From the NCBI GenBank assembly GCA_040377305.1, contig JBEIPA010000004.1:96001-160000 (forward strand): DNA of 64,000 nt. Reading direction: 5' to 3'. The notes beneath the pieces are model-generated. The model ran no database searches and was not told the origin of the DNA. It saw nothing but the letters and a program-made list of their open reading frames with translations. Position numbers and translations under genes: made by a program. Every line of letters begins with the position of its first letter. Positions within the stretch are counted from its first letter, which is position 1. Source of the stretch: Flavobacteriales bacterium. GTDB taxonomy: Bacteria; Bacteroidota; Bacteroidia; Palsa-965. Shown here piece by piece: positions 26,429-37,329 of the stretch.

Positions 26429-26764
26429 GTGCTGATCATTACTGACGAAGCGGAATCATTCTCTATTCTCGAATCTTTCGCCGCTGCTGAATTTGACTAC
26501 TCCGTACAGCACGCGAAATTTTTCCGCTCACCGGAAAAAGTCGTTTTCTTTTTGTTTTGTCCCGACGGTATAATGAAAGGTGCGCGTGTTTTCGTATTCG
26601 ACAATCCTCCAATTGCCGGAGAAATCGAGACTGATTTGCTCAAAATCATAATGTCGTTTAATGGAGATAAACACGCCGATCTGCTTCGTGAGCATGCATC
26701 GGAAGTGATTCGCGAACATCTCGAAACTAAAGGAGCTGACCACTACTTCTTCGACGCACATTAA
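26429..26764 (+). CDS. Hypothetical protein (111 aa)
   Basis: GTG ORF 6 bp after the caspase stop; no family recognised. Confidence 0.55.
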   Translation: MLIITDEAESFSILESFAAAEFDYSVQHAKFFRSPEKVVFFLFCPDGIMKGARVFVFDNPPIAGEIETDLLKIIMSFNGDKHADLLREHASEVIREHLETKGADHYFFDAH

Positions 26765-26904
26765 TTTTACTTTCTCCGTGACCATCGGTTGAGTTAAAGA
26801 TGGGGACACCTGAATTTCGTCGTAGTTGTCGCATAAGGCGACCAGAAGCATCGTGTTGACTTCCTGAGCCGATTAGGTTAGCTTTACTAAACAAAACCTA
26901 TCTC

Positions 26905-27726
26905 ATGAGAAAACTCTACTTCTTCATTCTTGCATTCTTCCTCTCGGTATCTGTTTCTTCACAAACTTTCTGCGATCCGCAAGGAAACGTAGTGCTGTTT
27001 TCGAATTACGATGGCGGCCCGCTTGTCATTAATTGTGATGTGAATATTCCCAACCTGAAAATCGGTGTGGTGAGCTATGAATTTTCCCGCATAGAAATTA
27101 TCGGACCGTACGCTTCTAACGTCACGCAACTCTGGTGGGCTGGCTACAATGGAAGTAATGACCACTGCAACCTCGGCGCGCCGTTGTACACCACAATTTC
27201 AGGTGTAGCAAATCCGGTCGACTCTATCCTCATTTATCCTGCAGCAACTTATTCCAATCCGAATGGTTACGGTTCTATCATTTGCAACTACTCTTGCACG
27301 ACCACCACCAACCAGGGCGGCTGTAACACCGCTGATCAGATTGCGCATTATTTCATTACCAATTTTGCGGGCTCGTTGCGTTCACACAGTACAGGCTACG
27401 GATGCTGGCCTGACACGATGGATATTTCCTATGGCGGAAATTGTTGTGCGAATCCATTGACTACGATTGCAGAAACAAACACCGCGCTGTTTTCCATCGC
27501 ACCGAACCCTGCAAGCAACGAAGTGAACATCACCATGCCTTCTTCTCCGGATGTGCGCACAATTCAGATCACTAATATGCTTGGAGAAACAGTAAGCGAA
27601 ATTCAGATTGCCGCAGGAACAACTTCCCAACAAATTCCACTCGAAACTTTTGCCCCGGGAACGTACTTCTTCCGCCTGCAAAACGGAGCACAGATAACCA
27701 CGGAAAAACTTGTTATCATTGATTAG
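26905..27726 (+). CDS. Small Cys-rich T9SS-secreted protein
   Basis: Signal peptide; CTD IAPNPA...GTYFFRL...KLVII. Confidence 0.85.
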   Translation: MRKLYFFILAFFLSVSVSSQTFCDPQGNVVLFSNYDGGPLVINCDVNIPNLKIGVVSYEFSRIEIIGPYASNVTQLWWAGYNGSNDHCNLGAPLYTTISGVANPVDSILIYPAATYSNPNGYGSIICNYSCTTTTNQGGCNTADQIAHYFITNFAGSLRSHSTGYGCWPDTMDISYGGNCCANPLTTIAETNTALFSIAPNPASNEVNITMPSSPDVRTIQITNMLGETVSEIQIAAGTTSQQIPLETFAPGTYFFRLQNGAQITTEKLVIID

Positions 27727-27730
27727 AAAT

Positions 27731-27778
27731 AAAAGTGCCGGATGATTCCGATAGCTATCGGGACACCCGGCACTTTTT
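27731..27778. terminator. Bidirectional terminator enclosing a CCGATAGCTATCGG palindrome
   Basis: AAAAGTGCCGG...CCGGCACTTTT between convergent genes. Confidence 0.8.
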
Positions 27779-27790
27779 CAATTTGCAGAT

Positions 27791-28333
27791 CTACGCCATT
27801 TCAGCAACCACTTTCATCATCTGCACATTCGCAGCAATCTTCACTTCGTCCGACACCACTACTCCTCCCGCTTCTGTAACTGCGCCCCACATTAATCCAA
27901 ATTCGCTGCGGCTGATTTTTCCGCTTACTTCAAATCCTGCTTTGAAATTTCCATAAATATCTGTTGCAGTTCCGCCAAACTCTACAAGAAGCGTAACCGG
28001 CTTTGTAACTCCGCGCAACGTAAGATTGCCGTGAAGTTTATATCCATCAGATGATTTCTCTACGCTGGTTGAGATAAAATCCATCGTCGGGTGATTTGCA
28101 ACGTCGAAAAAGTCGGGGCTCTTCAAATGTCCGTCGCGCTGATCGTTACCCGTAGTAATGCTGTTTACATCAGCAGAGAAGCTGATCTTTCCACCTGCGA
28201 AATCATCTCCATCCGTTTCCGCTTCTGCAGAAAATTTGGTGAATGATCCGGTAACCGTAGAGATTACGAGGTGCTTGATTTTGAACTGCACATCTGAGTG
28301 AAGCTCGTCGATTTTCCATGTGGTCTTACTCAT
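27791..28333 (-). CDS. YceI family polyisoprenoid-binding protein
   Basis: WKIDELHSDVQFKIKHL, RDGHLKSPDFFD, GNLTLRGVTKPV; start at MSKTT. Confidence 0.93.
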   Translation of the reverse strand: MSKTTWKIDELHSDVQFKIKHLVISTVTGSFTKFSAEAETDGDDFAGGKISFSADVNSITTGNDQRDGHLKSPDFFDVANHPTMDFISTSVEKSSDGYKLHGNLTLRGVTKPVTLLVEFGGTATDIYGNFKAGFEVSGKISRSEFGLMWGAVTEAGGVVVSDEVKIAANVQMMKVVAEMA

Positions 28334-28413
28334 AGGTTCTATCTTTTTTAAGTTTGAATTCGTGAATCCGGACATTCGGGTCAGGATTTCATTGTCTTTC
28401 TGTTTCGATACAG

Positions 28414-28443
28414 CAAAGATAGGCATTTATATGTATATACATA
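28414..28443 (-). promoter_or_regulatory. yceI promoter -7 box with an upstream palindromic operator
   Basis: TATCTTTG (minus strand, 28414-28421) and perfect palindrome TATGTATATACATA (28430-28443). Confidence 0.55.
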
Positions 28444-28502
28444 CATTGTGACTGCGAATGCTATTAACTTATTGTATGTCAGTAGTTTGTATTGTGATTC
28501 CT

Positions 28503-28531
28503 AAAAAGAAACGGCTCCCAATAGGGAGCCG
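28503..28531 (-). terminator. Intrinsic terminator after phoH-family gene
   Basis: CGGCTCCC-AATA-GGGAGCCG followed by a T-tract on the minus strand. Confidence 0.75.
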
Positions 28532-28573
28532 AATATGTTCTGCCAAAGGCAGCGCACCTGTTTCTTTAATCTG

Positions 28574-29902
28574 CTATAAATACTGATTCGCCAGATTCGC
28601 CAACTCACTCCGCTCACCTTTCTCGAGCGTAATGTGCGCATACAAATCTTTGCCTTTCAATCGATCGATCATGTATGAAAGTCCATTCGACTGCGCATCG
28701 AGGTACGGCGTATCGATCTGGAAAATATCTCCGGTGAAAACGATTTTCGAATTTTCTCCTGCGCGACTGATTACAGTTTTTACCTCGTGTGGAGTCAAAT
28801 TCTGTGCTTCATCCACAATGAAGAAAACATTCGATAAGCTTCGTCCACGAATGTAAGCAAGCGGACACACCACGAGCTTTTCATTCTCAACCATCTCGTT
28901 GATCTGCTTGAACTCACGATCTTTTTCGCTGAACTGGCTCTTGATGTACTTCAGATTATCCCACAGCGGCTCCATGTATGGATTCAGTTTCGACTTGATA
29001 TCGCCCGGCAAATAACCAATGTCTTTGTTGCTCAATGGAACAATTGGACGCGCAAGATAAATCTGATGATAGTTTCTTCTCTGCTCCAATGCCCCTGCCA
29101 GCGACAACAGCGTCTTGCCCGTTCCTGCAACACCTTGAATAGTTACCAGTCGAACTTCCGGACGAAGAATTGCGTCGAGCGCGAAACTCTGTTCTGCATT
29201 GCGAGGTGTAATATGAAATGCTTGTTCTTTTTTAATGCGTTCGAGCTGTGCATTCTTCTCGTTGTAATACGCGAGAACAGATTTCTGTCCGTTCTTCAGA
29301 ATGTAATAGTGATTCGCATCTGGTTTTTTCTTTTTAATCTGCGCAGGTAAAGCTGTTGTTTCCTTCTCGTACAGCTCACTGATAGTGGCAAGCGGAACTT
29401 TATCTTCCGTAGTAATTCCGGTGTAAAGTTCATTCGGGTTTTCAACTTTTCCGGTCTCATAATCTTCTGCATTCAGATTAAGCGATTTTGCTTTAATGCG
29501 AAGATTGATGTCCTTAGTTACGAGCGTAACTTTTTTTCCCGGGTTTGTTTCTGCGAGATACAATGCGCAATTCAGAATCCGATGATCCGCTTTACGCTCA
29601 CCGAACACACGTTCCGCATCCACACTCGAATTCTGGTTCATCTCAATCTTGAACATGCCATGGCCCTTGCCATTGATGTTCACCCAGTCTTTGAGTGTAT
29701 TTCTTCCGGAAATCTTATCGATGTAACGCGTAAATTCTCTCGCGGCGAAGTTCTTACTATCATGACCCTTCTTAAAGTTGTCCAGTTCTTCGAGGACAGT
29801 GATGGGAACTACTACATCATGTTCTTTGAAACTTTTGATTGCATTGTGGTCATAAATAATTACAGACGTGTCGAGCACGAAAATTTTTTTCTCCTTCGCC
29901 AT
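28574..29902 (-). CDS. PIN-PhoH (PhoH2-type) ATPase/ribonuclease
   Basis: PIN domain (VLDTSV, VLEELD, ADHRIL, TKDINLR) plus GVAGTGKT, IRGRS and DEAQN. Confidence 0.95.
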   Translation of the reverse strand: MAKEKKIFVLDTSVIIYDHNAIKSFKEHDVVVPITVLEELDNFKKGHDSKNFAAREFTRYIDKISGRNTLKDWVNINGKGHGMFKIEMNQNSSVDAERVFGERKADHRILNCALYLAETNPGKKVTLVTKDINLRIKAKSLNLNAEDYETGKVENPNELYTGITTEDKVPLATISELYEKETTALPAQIKKKKPDANHYYILKNGQKSVLAYYNEKNAQLERIKKEQAFHITPRNAEQSFALDAILRPEVRLVTIQGVAGTGKTLLSLAGALEQRRNYHQIYLARPIVPLSNKDIGYLPGDIKSKLNPYMEPLWDNLKYIKSQFSEKDREFKQINEMVENEKLVVCPLAYIRGRSLSNVFFIVDEAQNLTPHEVKTVISRAGENSKIVFTGDIFQIDTPYLDAQSNGLSYMIDRLKGKDLYAHITLEKGERSELANLANQYL

Positions 29903-30223
29903 AAGTATAAGAGCGTAATTGTTTGCTAGCTAAACTAAGGTTTCGCCCACCGCTCAACTGAGGCGACTTGTTGAAGTAATAAACAGGCAGATGTTACAAC
30001 GTGTCCAAATTCGCGTTTCCCGCATTCGACGGGCAAATTGCCATATTCGTCTAAACTCGTTGATTTTTAGGGTAATAAGTGCTAAACTGCACCATAGTTT
30101 GCGGCGGATTTCATGGTTTTGAGCGGATATTGTCAGACAATAATCTGATTTTGATATGCGTGTGAAAAATCATTGAGTTCCTCCCCTATACTATACACAC
30201 GCACACCAACTAAATTTTCCTTC

Positions 30224-33200
30224 ATGAAAAGTTGTACCCCGAAGCTACTGTTCGCAATTGCATCGCTTGCAATTTCATCTACTACCATCAGCGCACAGAA
30301 TTGGAGAGATCCACTCGCCGATCCTAATCAAAGTTTCTATGACGTTCAGGCGAACTTCTACGCAGAATGGGGCGCACGGGAACAGCAAGAGTATCAGGCA
30401 CGACAGGATCAGACCCTGATGAATGATAAATGGCCCGGCAATGACCCCGTGAATCCAACGCCTGCACCTTATATGAAAGGTGGATACAAGCAATTTAAGC
30501 GCTGGGAGAATTACATGGAGCCTCGAGTTTATCCTTCAGGGAATTTAACTCTGCCTTCTTCAAATTATGAGCGCTTCGTTCAGTACCTCGATCAGAATCC
30601 GGTGGCGATGTCCCAATACCAACAGGTGTACGGAAATCCTATCGGTAGCAATCAGTCTCCGGCATTCGGTGGACCGGTTCAAAATCCGATGTCAAGCACC
30701 TGGACATTTATGGGGCCAACCGGATATCCGACCAATGGTGGAGCGGGACGTATAAACGTAGTACGATTTGATCCGCAGTTTGCAACAAACAATACCATGT
30801 ATGCGGGCGCTCCTGCTGGTGGATTGTGGAAGTCAACCAATGGTGGAACAACATGGTCGATCGTTGCCAGTACAGACGCGATTGCATCCATTGGTGTAAC
30901 AGATATTGCGATTGATCCTGCAAACAGCAACATTCTATACATTGCTACAGGTGACGGTGATGCTGGTGATACTTACAGCGTGGGGGTATTGAAATCTATC
31001 GACGGAGGTTTAACATGGAACACAACCGGGCTTAACTGGACAACTAACCAGGGACGCACAATTAGTCGTCTACTCATTCATCCTACAAACGGACAGATTC
31101 TCATTGCATTTACAAGCAATGGAATTTACCGCACGACTAATGGCGGCACATCGTGGACACAAGTTCAGAATACAAACTCGTTCCGCGACGGAGAATTCAA
31201 ACCGGGTGATCCGAATACCGTTTACGGCGCCGGAACTCGTTTCTGGAAATCAACAGACGGTGGCGTTACATGGACTAACACAGCTACCGGTCTTCCTGCA
31301 AACACAGCGGTAGATCGATTCTCCATTGCAGTAACACCTGCAAACGTGAACTACGTCTATATTCTCGCCGGAAGCGCAGCTAACAATGGCTACTACGGTG
31401 TTTATCGTGCAACCGATTCAGGTAACACATTCACGCAGCGTTCCAGTACACCCAATATTATGGGCTGGTCGAATACAGGAGCTGACACCGGTGGACAAAG
31501 CTGGTACGATCACGGATTTGATGTATCACAAACAAATGCCGACGTAGTGGTGGTTGGTGGTGTTAATCACTGGCGATCCACCAATGGTGGTACCAACTGG
31601 ACACTTAATGCACACTGGACAGGAAGCGGTGCTCCATACGTTCACGCTGATGTGCACTGTATAATTTTTGCGCCCGGATCCGGAACACGTTACTTCTCCG
31701 GCAACGATGGTGGTATCAATGAAACAACGAATAGCGGTGGAGCATGGTCTGATCGCAGCGCGCAGTTATGTATTGCACAACCATACCGTATCGGACTTTC
31801 TGCAACAACAGCAAACTTGTGGCTCACGGGTCACCAGGACAATGGTACAAACCGCTACAACGGTGCATGGGCAGAAGTAATGGGTGGTGACGGAATGGAT
31901 TGCTTCATTGACCGCACGAACAACAACAACATGTATGCGGAATATTATAACGGCGCATTCAACCGATCAACAAACGGTGGCGGTACGTGGGCAGGTTACA
32001 CAACCGGATTAACCGGAGCTGCAAACTGGGTAACACCATGGATACAGGATCCGACGAATGCGGTTTACCTCTGGGCTGGATACACGCAGGTGTTCCGCCG
32101 CAATACAACCACAGGTAACTGGGTTCAGATGGGCACGCTCACCGGAAGCGGAACAATCATAGACATTGATGTTGCACCTTCGAACGGGGCCGTTGTTTAT
32201 GCCGCTCGTTCTAACCAGTTGTGGAGATCTGCAAACACCGGCGGAACGTGGACGAACATCACCGGCACTCTGCCAATTGCCAGCGCAGCTATTTCACGTG
32301 TAACCGTTGACCCTTCTGATGCTAATAATGTTTGGGTGACGTTCTCCGGTTATTCATCAGGCAACAAAGTTTTCGTTACCACCAACGGTGGAACAAGCTG
32401 GACCAACATTTCTGCCGGCTTACCAAATATTCCCGCGAACTGTATTGTGTATACTCCCGGGTCTACCAACGATGCAGTTTACGTGGGTATGGACATTGGC
32501 GTTTATTATCGCGATAACACAACTGGTGCCTGGGCGCCTTACTTCACGGGCTTACCAAACGTTCCGATTTTCGATCTCGAAATCTTCGCACCGACTAGCA
32601 AAATCCGTTGTGCGTCTTATGGTCGCGGAGTTTGGGAAGTAGATGTGTACAATCCGGGGACGCTCGCACCGGTTGCTGACTTCTCCGCTAATCAAACATT
32701 AATTTGTCCCGGTTCAACTGTGAACTTCACGGATCTTTCGTCGTTCACACCTACATCGTGGGCATGGACATTTCAAGGAGGAACACCAGGAACTTCTACT
32801 GCACAAAATCCTACAGGAATTACGTGGTCGACTCCAGGCACATACAGCGTAACACTTACGGCGACAAACACCAACGGATCCGATGCGGAAACCAAAACAG
32901 CTTACATCACTGTCTTAAACAATGCTGTTGCTCCTCCGCTGGTAGAAGGTTTTGAGGGCGCTCAATTCGTTCCGGCCAACTGGATAGCCAATGACATCAA
33001 TAACGATGGCGTGTACTTCGATCGTTTTGCAGCAGGTGCTAATCCAACACCTGGTAATAGTGCGCGATTCGACAACTACAACCTTGATGTCGCCGGTTCG
33101 CGGGATGAAATGTGGGCGCCACGACAAACATTCGCATCAATGACCAACTGCCAGATTACTTTCGACGTGGCGTACGCGCGATACAGTGCAGCATACTCAG

Positions 33201-36200
33201 ATACACTTGAATGTTTGGTGTCAACAAATTGCGGATCGACCTGGACACAAGTGTGGATTAAGGGCGGAAGCACGCTCGCCACCGTTCCTGATCAAACAAC
33301 GCAGTTCGCTCCGACAACCGCGCAATGGCGTAATGAAGTAGTTAGTCTCACAGCTTACAACGGACAAGCGAACGTTCTCATCAAGTTTGTTAACCGCGGT
33401 CATTACGGAAATTGTTTATACGTCGATAACGTGAACATTACCGGAACAGCATCTGCGCTACCAAGCGGAACATTTACTGCAAGCGCTACTTCTGTCTGTG
33501 CGGGGGTTCCTGTGAATTTTACAAGTACTTCTACTGCTACTCCAACTTCGTGGTCGTGGACATTCCCAAGCGGAACACCCGCAACTGCAACAACACAAAA
33601 CGTTACCGGTGTCGTTTGGAATACTGCAGGAACTTACACAGTAACGCATACTGCAACGAACGCAAACGGCACAGGAACGACAACGCAAACAATAACTGTC
33701 CTTCCGTTGCCAACCGTAACGACATCGGCATCTCCTGCAACAATTTGTTCCGGATCAAGTTCAACACTCACGGCGACAGGCGCATCAACTTATTCGTGGA
33801 TGCCGGGACCATTGAGCGGCTCACCGGTTACAGTGTCGCCAACAGGAACTACAACTTACACCGTAACAGCTACCGCTGCGAATGGTTGCACAAGAACTGC
33901 AACAAGAACAGTTACAGTAAACACCTCTCCAACTGTTACAGCGAGTGCAAGCAGTTCTACCATTTGTGCGGGAAGTAACACAACGTTAACCGGAGGCGGA
34001 GCATCTACATACGTGTGGAATCCGGGAAATATTTCCGGAAGTCCGATTACGGTTTCTCCAACGGGAACAACCACATACACCGTAACAGGCACAGCAGCGA
34101 ACGGCTGTACGTCGACAGCAACTCGAGTGATCACAGTGAATCCAGCTCCAACAGTTACAGCAACTGCGGGCAGTCCGACTATTTGCACGGGCGGAAACAC
34201 AACGCTTACTGGTGGTGGAGCGTCAACATACAATTGGCTGCCTGGTCCACTTTCAGGTTCACCAGTTACTGTTTCACCTGCAATAACTACTACGTATACC
34301 GTGACAGGAACTGCTGCGAACGGTTGTACATCTACGCAAACTGTATTGGTTACTGTGAATCCAACTCCAACTGTTGTGGTATCTGCAACACCTTCTACAA
34401 TTTGTTCGGGCGCTTCATCAACAATGACTGCTACCGGTGCCACAACTTATTTGTGGATGCCTGGATCATTGACAGGAACATCTGTTGTAGTTTCTCCAAC
34501 CACAACAACAACGTACACGGTTACCGGAACTTCGGGGTGTTCGTCAACAGCTACACAACTCATTACTGTTAACTCTTCACCTACGGTAACTGCTACATCG
34601 AGCCCGGGAACAATTTGCTCAGGTAACAACTCAACGCTCACTGCAGGTGGTGCTACAACCTATTCATGGTTGCCAGGACCATTGAGTGGTTCGCCAGTGA
34701 CTGTTGCACCTGCAACTTCTACGACGTATACCATGACAGGCACAGGAGCGAACGGATGTACATCGACTCAAACCGTTGCTGTTACAGTGAATACATCACC
34801 AACGGTTGCTGTTTCTGCTTCGAATGCATCGATTTGCACAGGAGGAAACACAACACTTACTTCTACAGGAGCTGCAAGTTATTTGTGGATGCCCGGATCA
34901 CTCACCGGTTCAAGTGTTGTAGTAACTCCGACTGCAACGACGACTTACACAGTGACAGGAACAGCCGCGAATGGTTGCACAAACGTTCAGACCATTACAA
35001 TTACCGTAGGTTCACAACCAACAGTCACTGTGTCTGCTTCTAACACTTCTGTTTGTGCGGGCTCAAGTACAACGTTGACTGGCGCGGGAACAACGTCTTA
35101 CACCTGGATGCCGGGCAACTTGACCGGAACATCAATAGTTGTATCTCCTACAGGAAATACGACTTACACCGTTACAGGTTCAAACGGTCCCGGATGCACT
35201 AACACTGCAACAATTCTGATCACTGTCAACGCAATTCCTAATGTGACTGCATCCGGTTCTCCGAATGTAATTTGCGCAGGAAGTTCAGCTACGCTCACGG
35301 GTAGTGGGGGTGTTACGTACACCTGGATGCCTGGCGCCCTTTCCGGTTCACCAATCACCGTGTCGCCAACAACTACAACTACTTATACCGTAACAGGAAC
35401 AGATGCTAATGGATGTACTGACACTGGAACACGATTAATTACTGTGAATGCTGCACCAACACTTACTGTTACTCCGGCTAACTCGTCGATTTGTCCTGGA
35501 GGCAGCGTAACATTATCCGGTACAACAACGGGCGGAAATACGTATAGCTGGTCGCCAATAACGGGATTGTCTGCACCTACATCTGCAACGACAATTGCAT
35601 CGCCGACAATTACTACAACTTATGTGCTTACGAAAACGCGCACAACAACAGGTTGCACGACTACACGAACAGCAGTTGTAACTGTGAATCCAACTCCGAC
35701 CATTACTGCAACGGCCGCGAGCCCTTCAGTTTGTACAGGAGGTAACACAACAATCACTGCAGCAGGCGGATCAACTTACACATGGATGCCAGGCTCACTT
35801 AGCGGAACAACAGTTACTGTTACACCGGTTGCAACCACAACTTACACAGTAACCGGAACTAGTGCACAAGGTTGTACCGGCACGCAAACCGTAACTGTTA
35901 CAGTAGGTCCACCTCCAACAGTAACCGCTTCTTCGAGTGGTACTATCTGCTCTGGCGACAACGCAACACTCACTGGTTCGGGAGCATCCTCATATACGTG
36001 GATGCCGGGATCGTTAAGCGGAAGTCCGATCAGTGTTTCACCAGCAGCAACAACGACGTATACGGTAACCGGTTCCAACGGTCCGGGATGTTCTAGTACT
36101 GCAACCGTGCTTGTAACGGTGAATACTTTACCAACTGTCACTGCATCTGCTTCGAATTCTACAATTTGTGCGGGTGACGCAATTACCCTTACCGGGAACG

Positions 36201-37075
36201 GTGCATCAACTTACGACTGGATGCCGGGATCGCTCAATGGCTCGCCCGTAACAGACACTCCTGCTTCGTCGACTACGTATACTGTAACCGGAACAGATGC
36301 AAACGGTTGTTCTTCTACCGGAATAGTTGCTGTAACTGTGAATGCATTACCAATCGTATCCGCGTCTTCATCGGCATCAACTTCTTGTGCGGGTGAACAG
36401 ATCACATTGACAGGTAACGGTGCTGCCAGCTACAATTGGATGCCGGGATCACTCAGCGGTTCTCCGGTAGCTGATTCTCCGACTGCAACAACAACTTACA
36501 CTGTAACCGGCACAGATGGAAACGGTTGTTCTTCTACCGGCACTGTTGCTGTAACTGTAAATACACTGCCTGCCGTTTCTATCACGCTCGCAACAGATAC
36601 GTTCTGCGACATTGATGGACCAACTGCACTAAGCGGAGGATCACCTGCTGGTGGAACATACAGCGGTCCTGGTGTAAGCGGAAACGCGTTTGATGCTTCA
36701 TCGGTTGGACAAGGCACGTACAACGTTATCTACACATTTACGGATGTAAACGGGTGCAGCGATTCTGCGTCACAGTCTGTTGTTGTTGATGTATGTTCAG
36801 GAAGCGTTGATATTGGTTCTCCGCTAAGCGGACTCGTTGCGGTTCCAAATCCGAACAATGGCGAATTTACCATCTGGTTCAACGCCGCGCAGACAGACGA
36901 CTACGTGCTCGAAATTCACAATACACTTGGACAAGTTGTGTATGCTGAAACGCTCAACAACTTCTCCGGTCAGTACAAAAAAGAAATCAGTCTCGCCGGA
37001 TTTGAAAGAGGTTGCTACAGTGTACGTCTGCGATCAACATCCGATGAAACAGTAATCAGAGTGATCACATTCTAA
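30224..37075 (+). CDS. Giant T9SS protein: BNR/Asp-box (VPS10/GH74-like) propellers, PKD domains and about 13 Ig-like stalk repeats
   Basis: Many S-T-[DN]-GG-x-TW motifs; PKD WTFQGGTP; about 73-aa Thr-rich repeats; CTD VPNPNNGEF; start at MKSCTPK. Confidence 0.9.
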   Translation: MKSCTPKLLFAIASLAISSTTISAQNWRDPLADPNQSFYDVQANFYAEWGAREQQEYQARQDQTLMNDKWPGNDPVNPTPAPYMKGGYKQFKRWENYMEPRVYPSGNLTLPSSNYERFVQYLDQNPVAMSQYQQVYGNPIGSNQSPAFGGPVQNPMSSTWTFMGPTGYPTNGGAGRINVVRFDPQFATNNTMYAGAPAGGLWKSTNGGTTWSIVASTDAIASIGVTDIAIDPANSNILYIATGDGDAGDTYSVGVLKSIDGGLTWNTTGLNWTTNQGRTISRLLIHPTNGQILIAFTSNGIYRTTNGGTSWTQVQNTNSFRDGEFKPGDPNTVYGAGTRFWKSTDGGVTWTNTATGLPANTAVDRFSIAVTPANVNYVYILAGSAANNGYYGVYRATDSGNTFTQRSSTPNIMGWSNTGADTGGQSWYDHGFDVSQTNADVVVVGGVNHWRSTNGGTNWTLNAHWTGSGAPYVHADVHCIIFAPGSGTRYFSGNDGGINETTNSGGAWSDRSAQLCIAQPYRIGLSATTANLWLTGHQDNGTNRYNGAWAEVMGGDGMDCFIDRTNNNNMYAEYYNGAFNRSTNGGGTWAGYTTGLTGAANWVTPWIQDPTNAVYLWAGYTQVFRRNTTTGNWVQMGTLTGSGTIIDIDVAPSNGAVVYAARSNQLWRSANTGGTWTNITGTLPIASAAISRVTVDPSDANNVWVTFSGYSSGNKVFVTTNGGTSWTNISAGLPNIPANCIVYTPGSTNDAVYVGMDIGVYYRDNTTGAWAPYFTGLPNVPIFDLEIFAPTSKIRCASYGRGVWEVDVYNPGTLAPVADFSANQTLICPGSTVNFTDLSSFTPTSWAWTFQGGTPGTSTAQNPTGITWSTPGTYSVTLTATNTNGSDAETKTAYITVLNNAVAPPLVEGFEGAQFVPANWIANDINNDGVYFDRFAAGANPTPGNSARFDNYNLDVAGSRDEMWAPRQTFASMTNCQITFDVAYARYSAAYSDTLECLVSTNCGSTWTQVWIKGGSTLATVPDQTTQFAPTTAQWRNEVVSLTAYNGQANVLIKFVNRGHYGNCLYVDNVNITGTASALPSGTFTASATSVCAGVPVNFTSTSTATPTSWSWTFPSGTPATATTQNVTGVVWNTAGTYTVTHTATNANGTGTTTQTITVLPLPTVTTSASPATICSGSSSTLTATGASTYSWMPGPLSGSPVTVSPTGTTTYTVTATAANGCTRTATRTVTVNTSPTVTASASSSTICAGSNTTLTGGGASTYVWNPGNISGSPITVSPTGTTTYTVTGTAANGCTSTATRVITVNPAPTVTATAGSPTICTGGNTTLTGGGASTYNWLPGPLSGSPVTVSPAITTTYTVTGTAANGCTSTQTVLVTVNPTPTVVVSATPSTICSGASSTMTATGATTYLWMPGSLTGTSVVVSPTTTTTYTVTGTSGCSSTATQLITVNSSPTVTATSSPGTICSGNNSTLTAGGATTYSWLPGPLSGSPVTVAPATSTTYTMTGTGANGCTSTQTVAVTVNTSPTVAVSASNASICTGGNTTLTSTGAASYLWMPGSLTGSSVVVTPTATTTYTVTGTAANGCTNVQTITITVGSQPTVTVSASNTSVCAGSSTTLTGAGTTSYTWMPGNLTGTSIVVSPTGNTTYTVTGSNGPGCTNTATILITVNAIPNVTASGSPNVICAGSSATLTGSGGVTYTWMPGALSGSPITVSPTTTTTYTVTGTDANGCTDTGTRLITVNAAPTLTVTPANSSICPGGSVTLSGTTTGGNTYSWSPITGLSAPTSATTIASPTITTTYVLTKTRTTTGCTTTRTAVVTVNPTPTITATAASPSVCTGGNTTITAAGGSTYTWMPGSLSGTTVTVTPVATTTYTVTGTSAQGCTGTQTVTVTVGPPPTVTASSSGTICSGDNATLTGSGASSYTWMPGSLSGSPISVSPAATTTYTVTGSNGPGCSSTATVLVTVNTLPTVTASASNSTICAGDAITLTGNGASTYDWMPGSLNGSPVTDTPASSTTYTVTGTDANGCSSTGIVAVTVNALPIVSASSSASTSCAGEQITLTGNGAASYNWMPGSLSGSPVADSPTATTTYTVTGTDGNGCSSTGTVAVTVNTLPAVSITLATDTFCDIDGPTALSGGSPAGGTYSGPGVSGNAFDASSVGQGTYNVIYTFTDVNGCSDSASQSVVVDVCSGSVDIGSPLSGLVAVPNPNNGEFTIWFNAAQTDDYVLEIHNTLGQVVYAETLNNFSGQYKKEISLAGFERGCYSVRLRSTSDETVIRVITF
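33706..36565 (+). repeat. Intragenic array of about 13 Ig-like repeats of about 73 aa
   Basis: Unit PTVT..S...IC.G...TLT..GA.TY.W.PG.LSG..V.VSPT.TTTYTVTGT..NGC; boundaries approximate. Confidence 0.85.
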
Positions 37076-37091
37076 GAATTAACTGACTCAC

Positions 37092-37120
37092 AAAAAAGCC
37101 CGGCAAGTCCGGGCTTTTTT
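37092..37120 (+). terminator. Intrinsic terminator
   Basis: AAAAAAGCCCGG-CAAGT-CCGGGCTTTTTT. Confidence 0.85.
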
Positions 37121-37329
37121 ATCGGCACACTTCGTCTGAAATGCGTCAATTACCCAATGAGAAAAATAAATTTCTACAATGCGCTACCAATTTCTTCGCA
37201 AAAACCTCCACTTAGATGTTTTTCTGTTTTTTGTGCGGTCTTTCGGGATGTTCTGGCGAACTTTGCAACGCTTGTCCTAGTCCAGATAGCGATCGTGATA
37301 GAAGGGCTCACACACCATAAATAATCAGC

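Noticed and set aside
33856-36723. Antisense Val/Pro-rich ORFs in the giant T9SS gene
   Set aside because: Shadow frames produced by the Thr/Gly-rich repeat codons.
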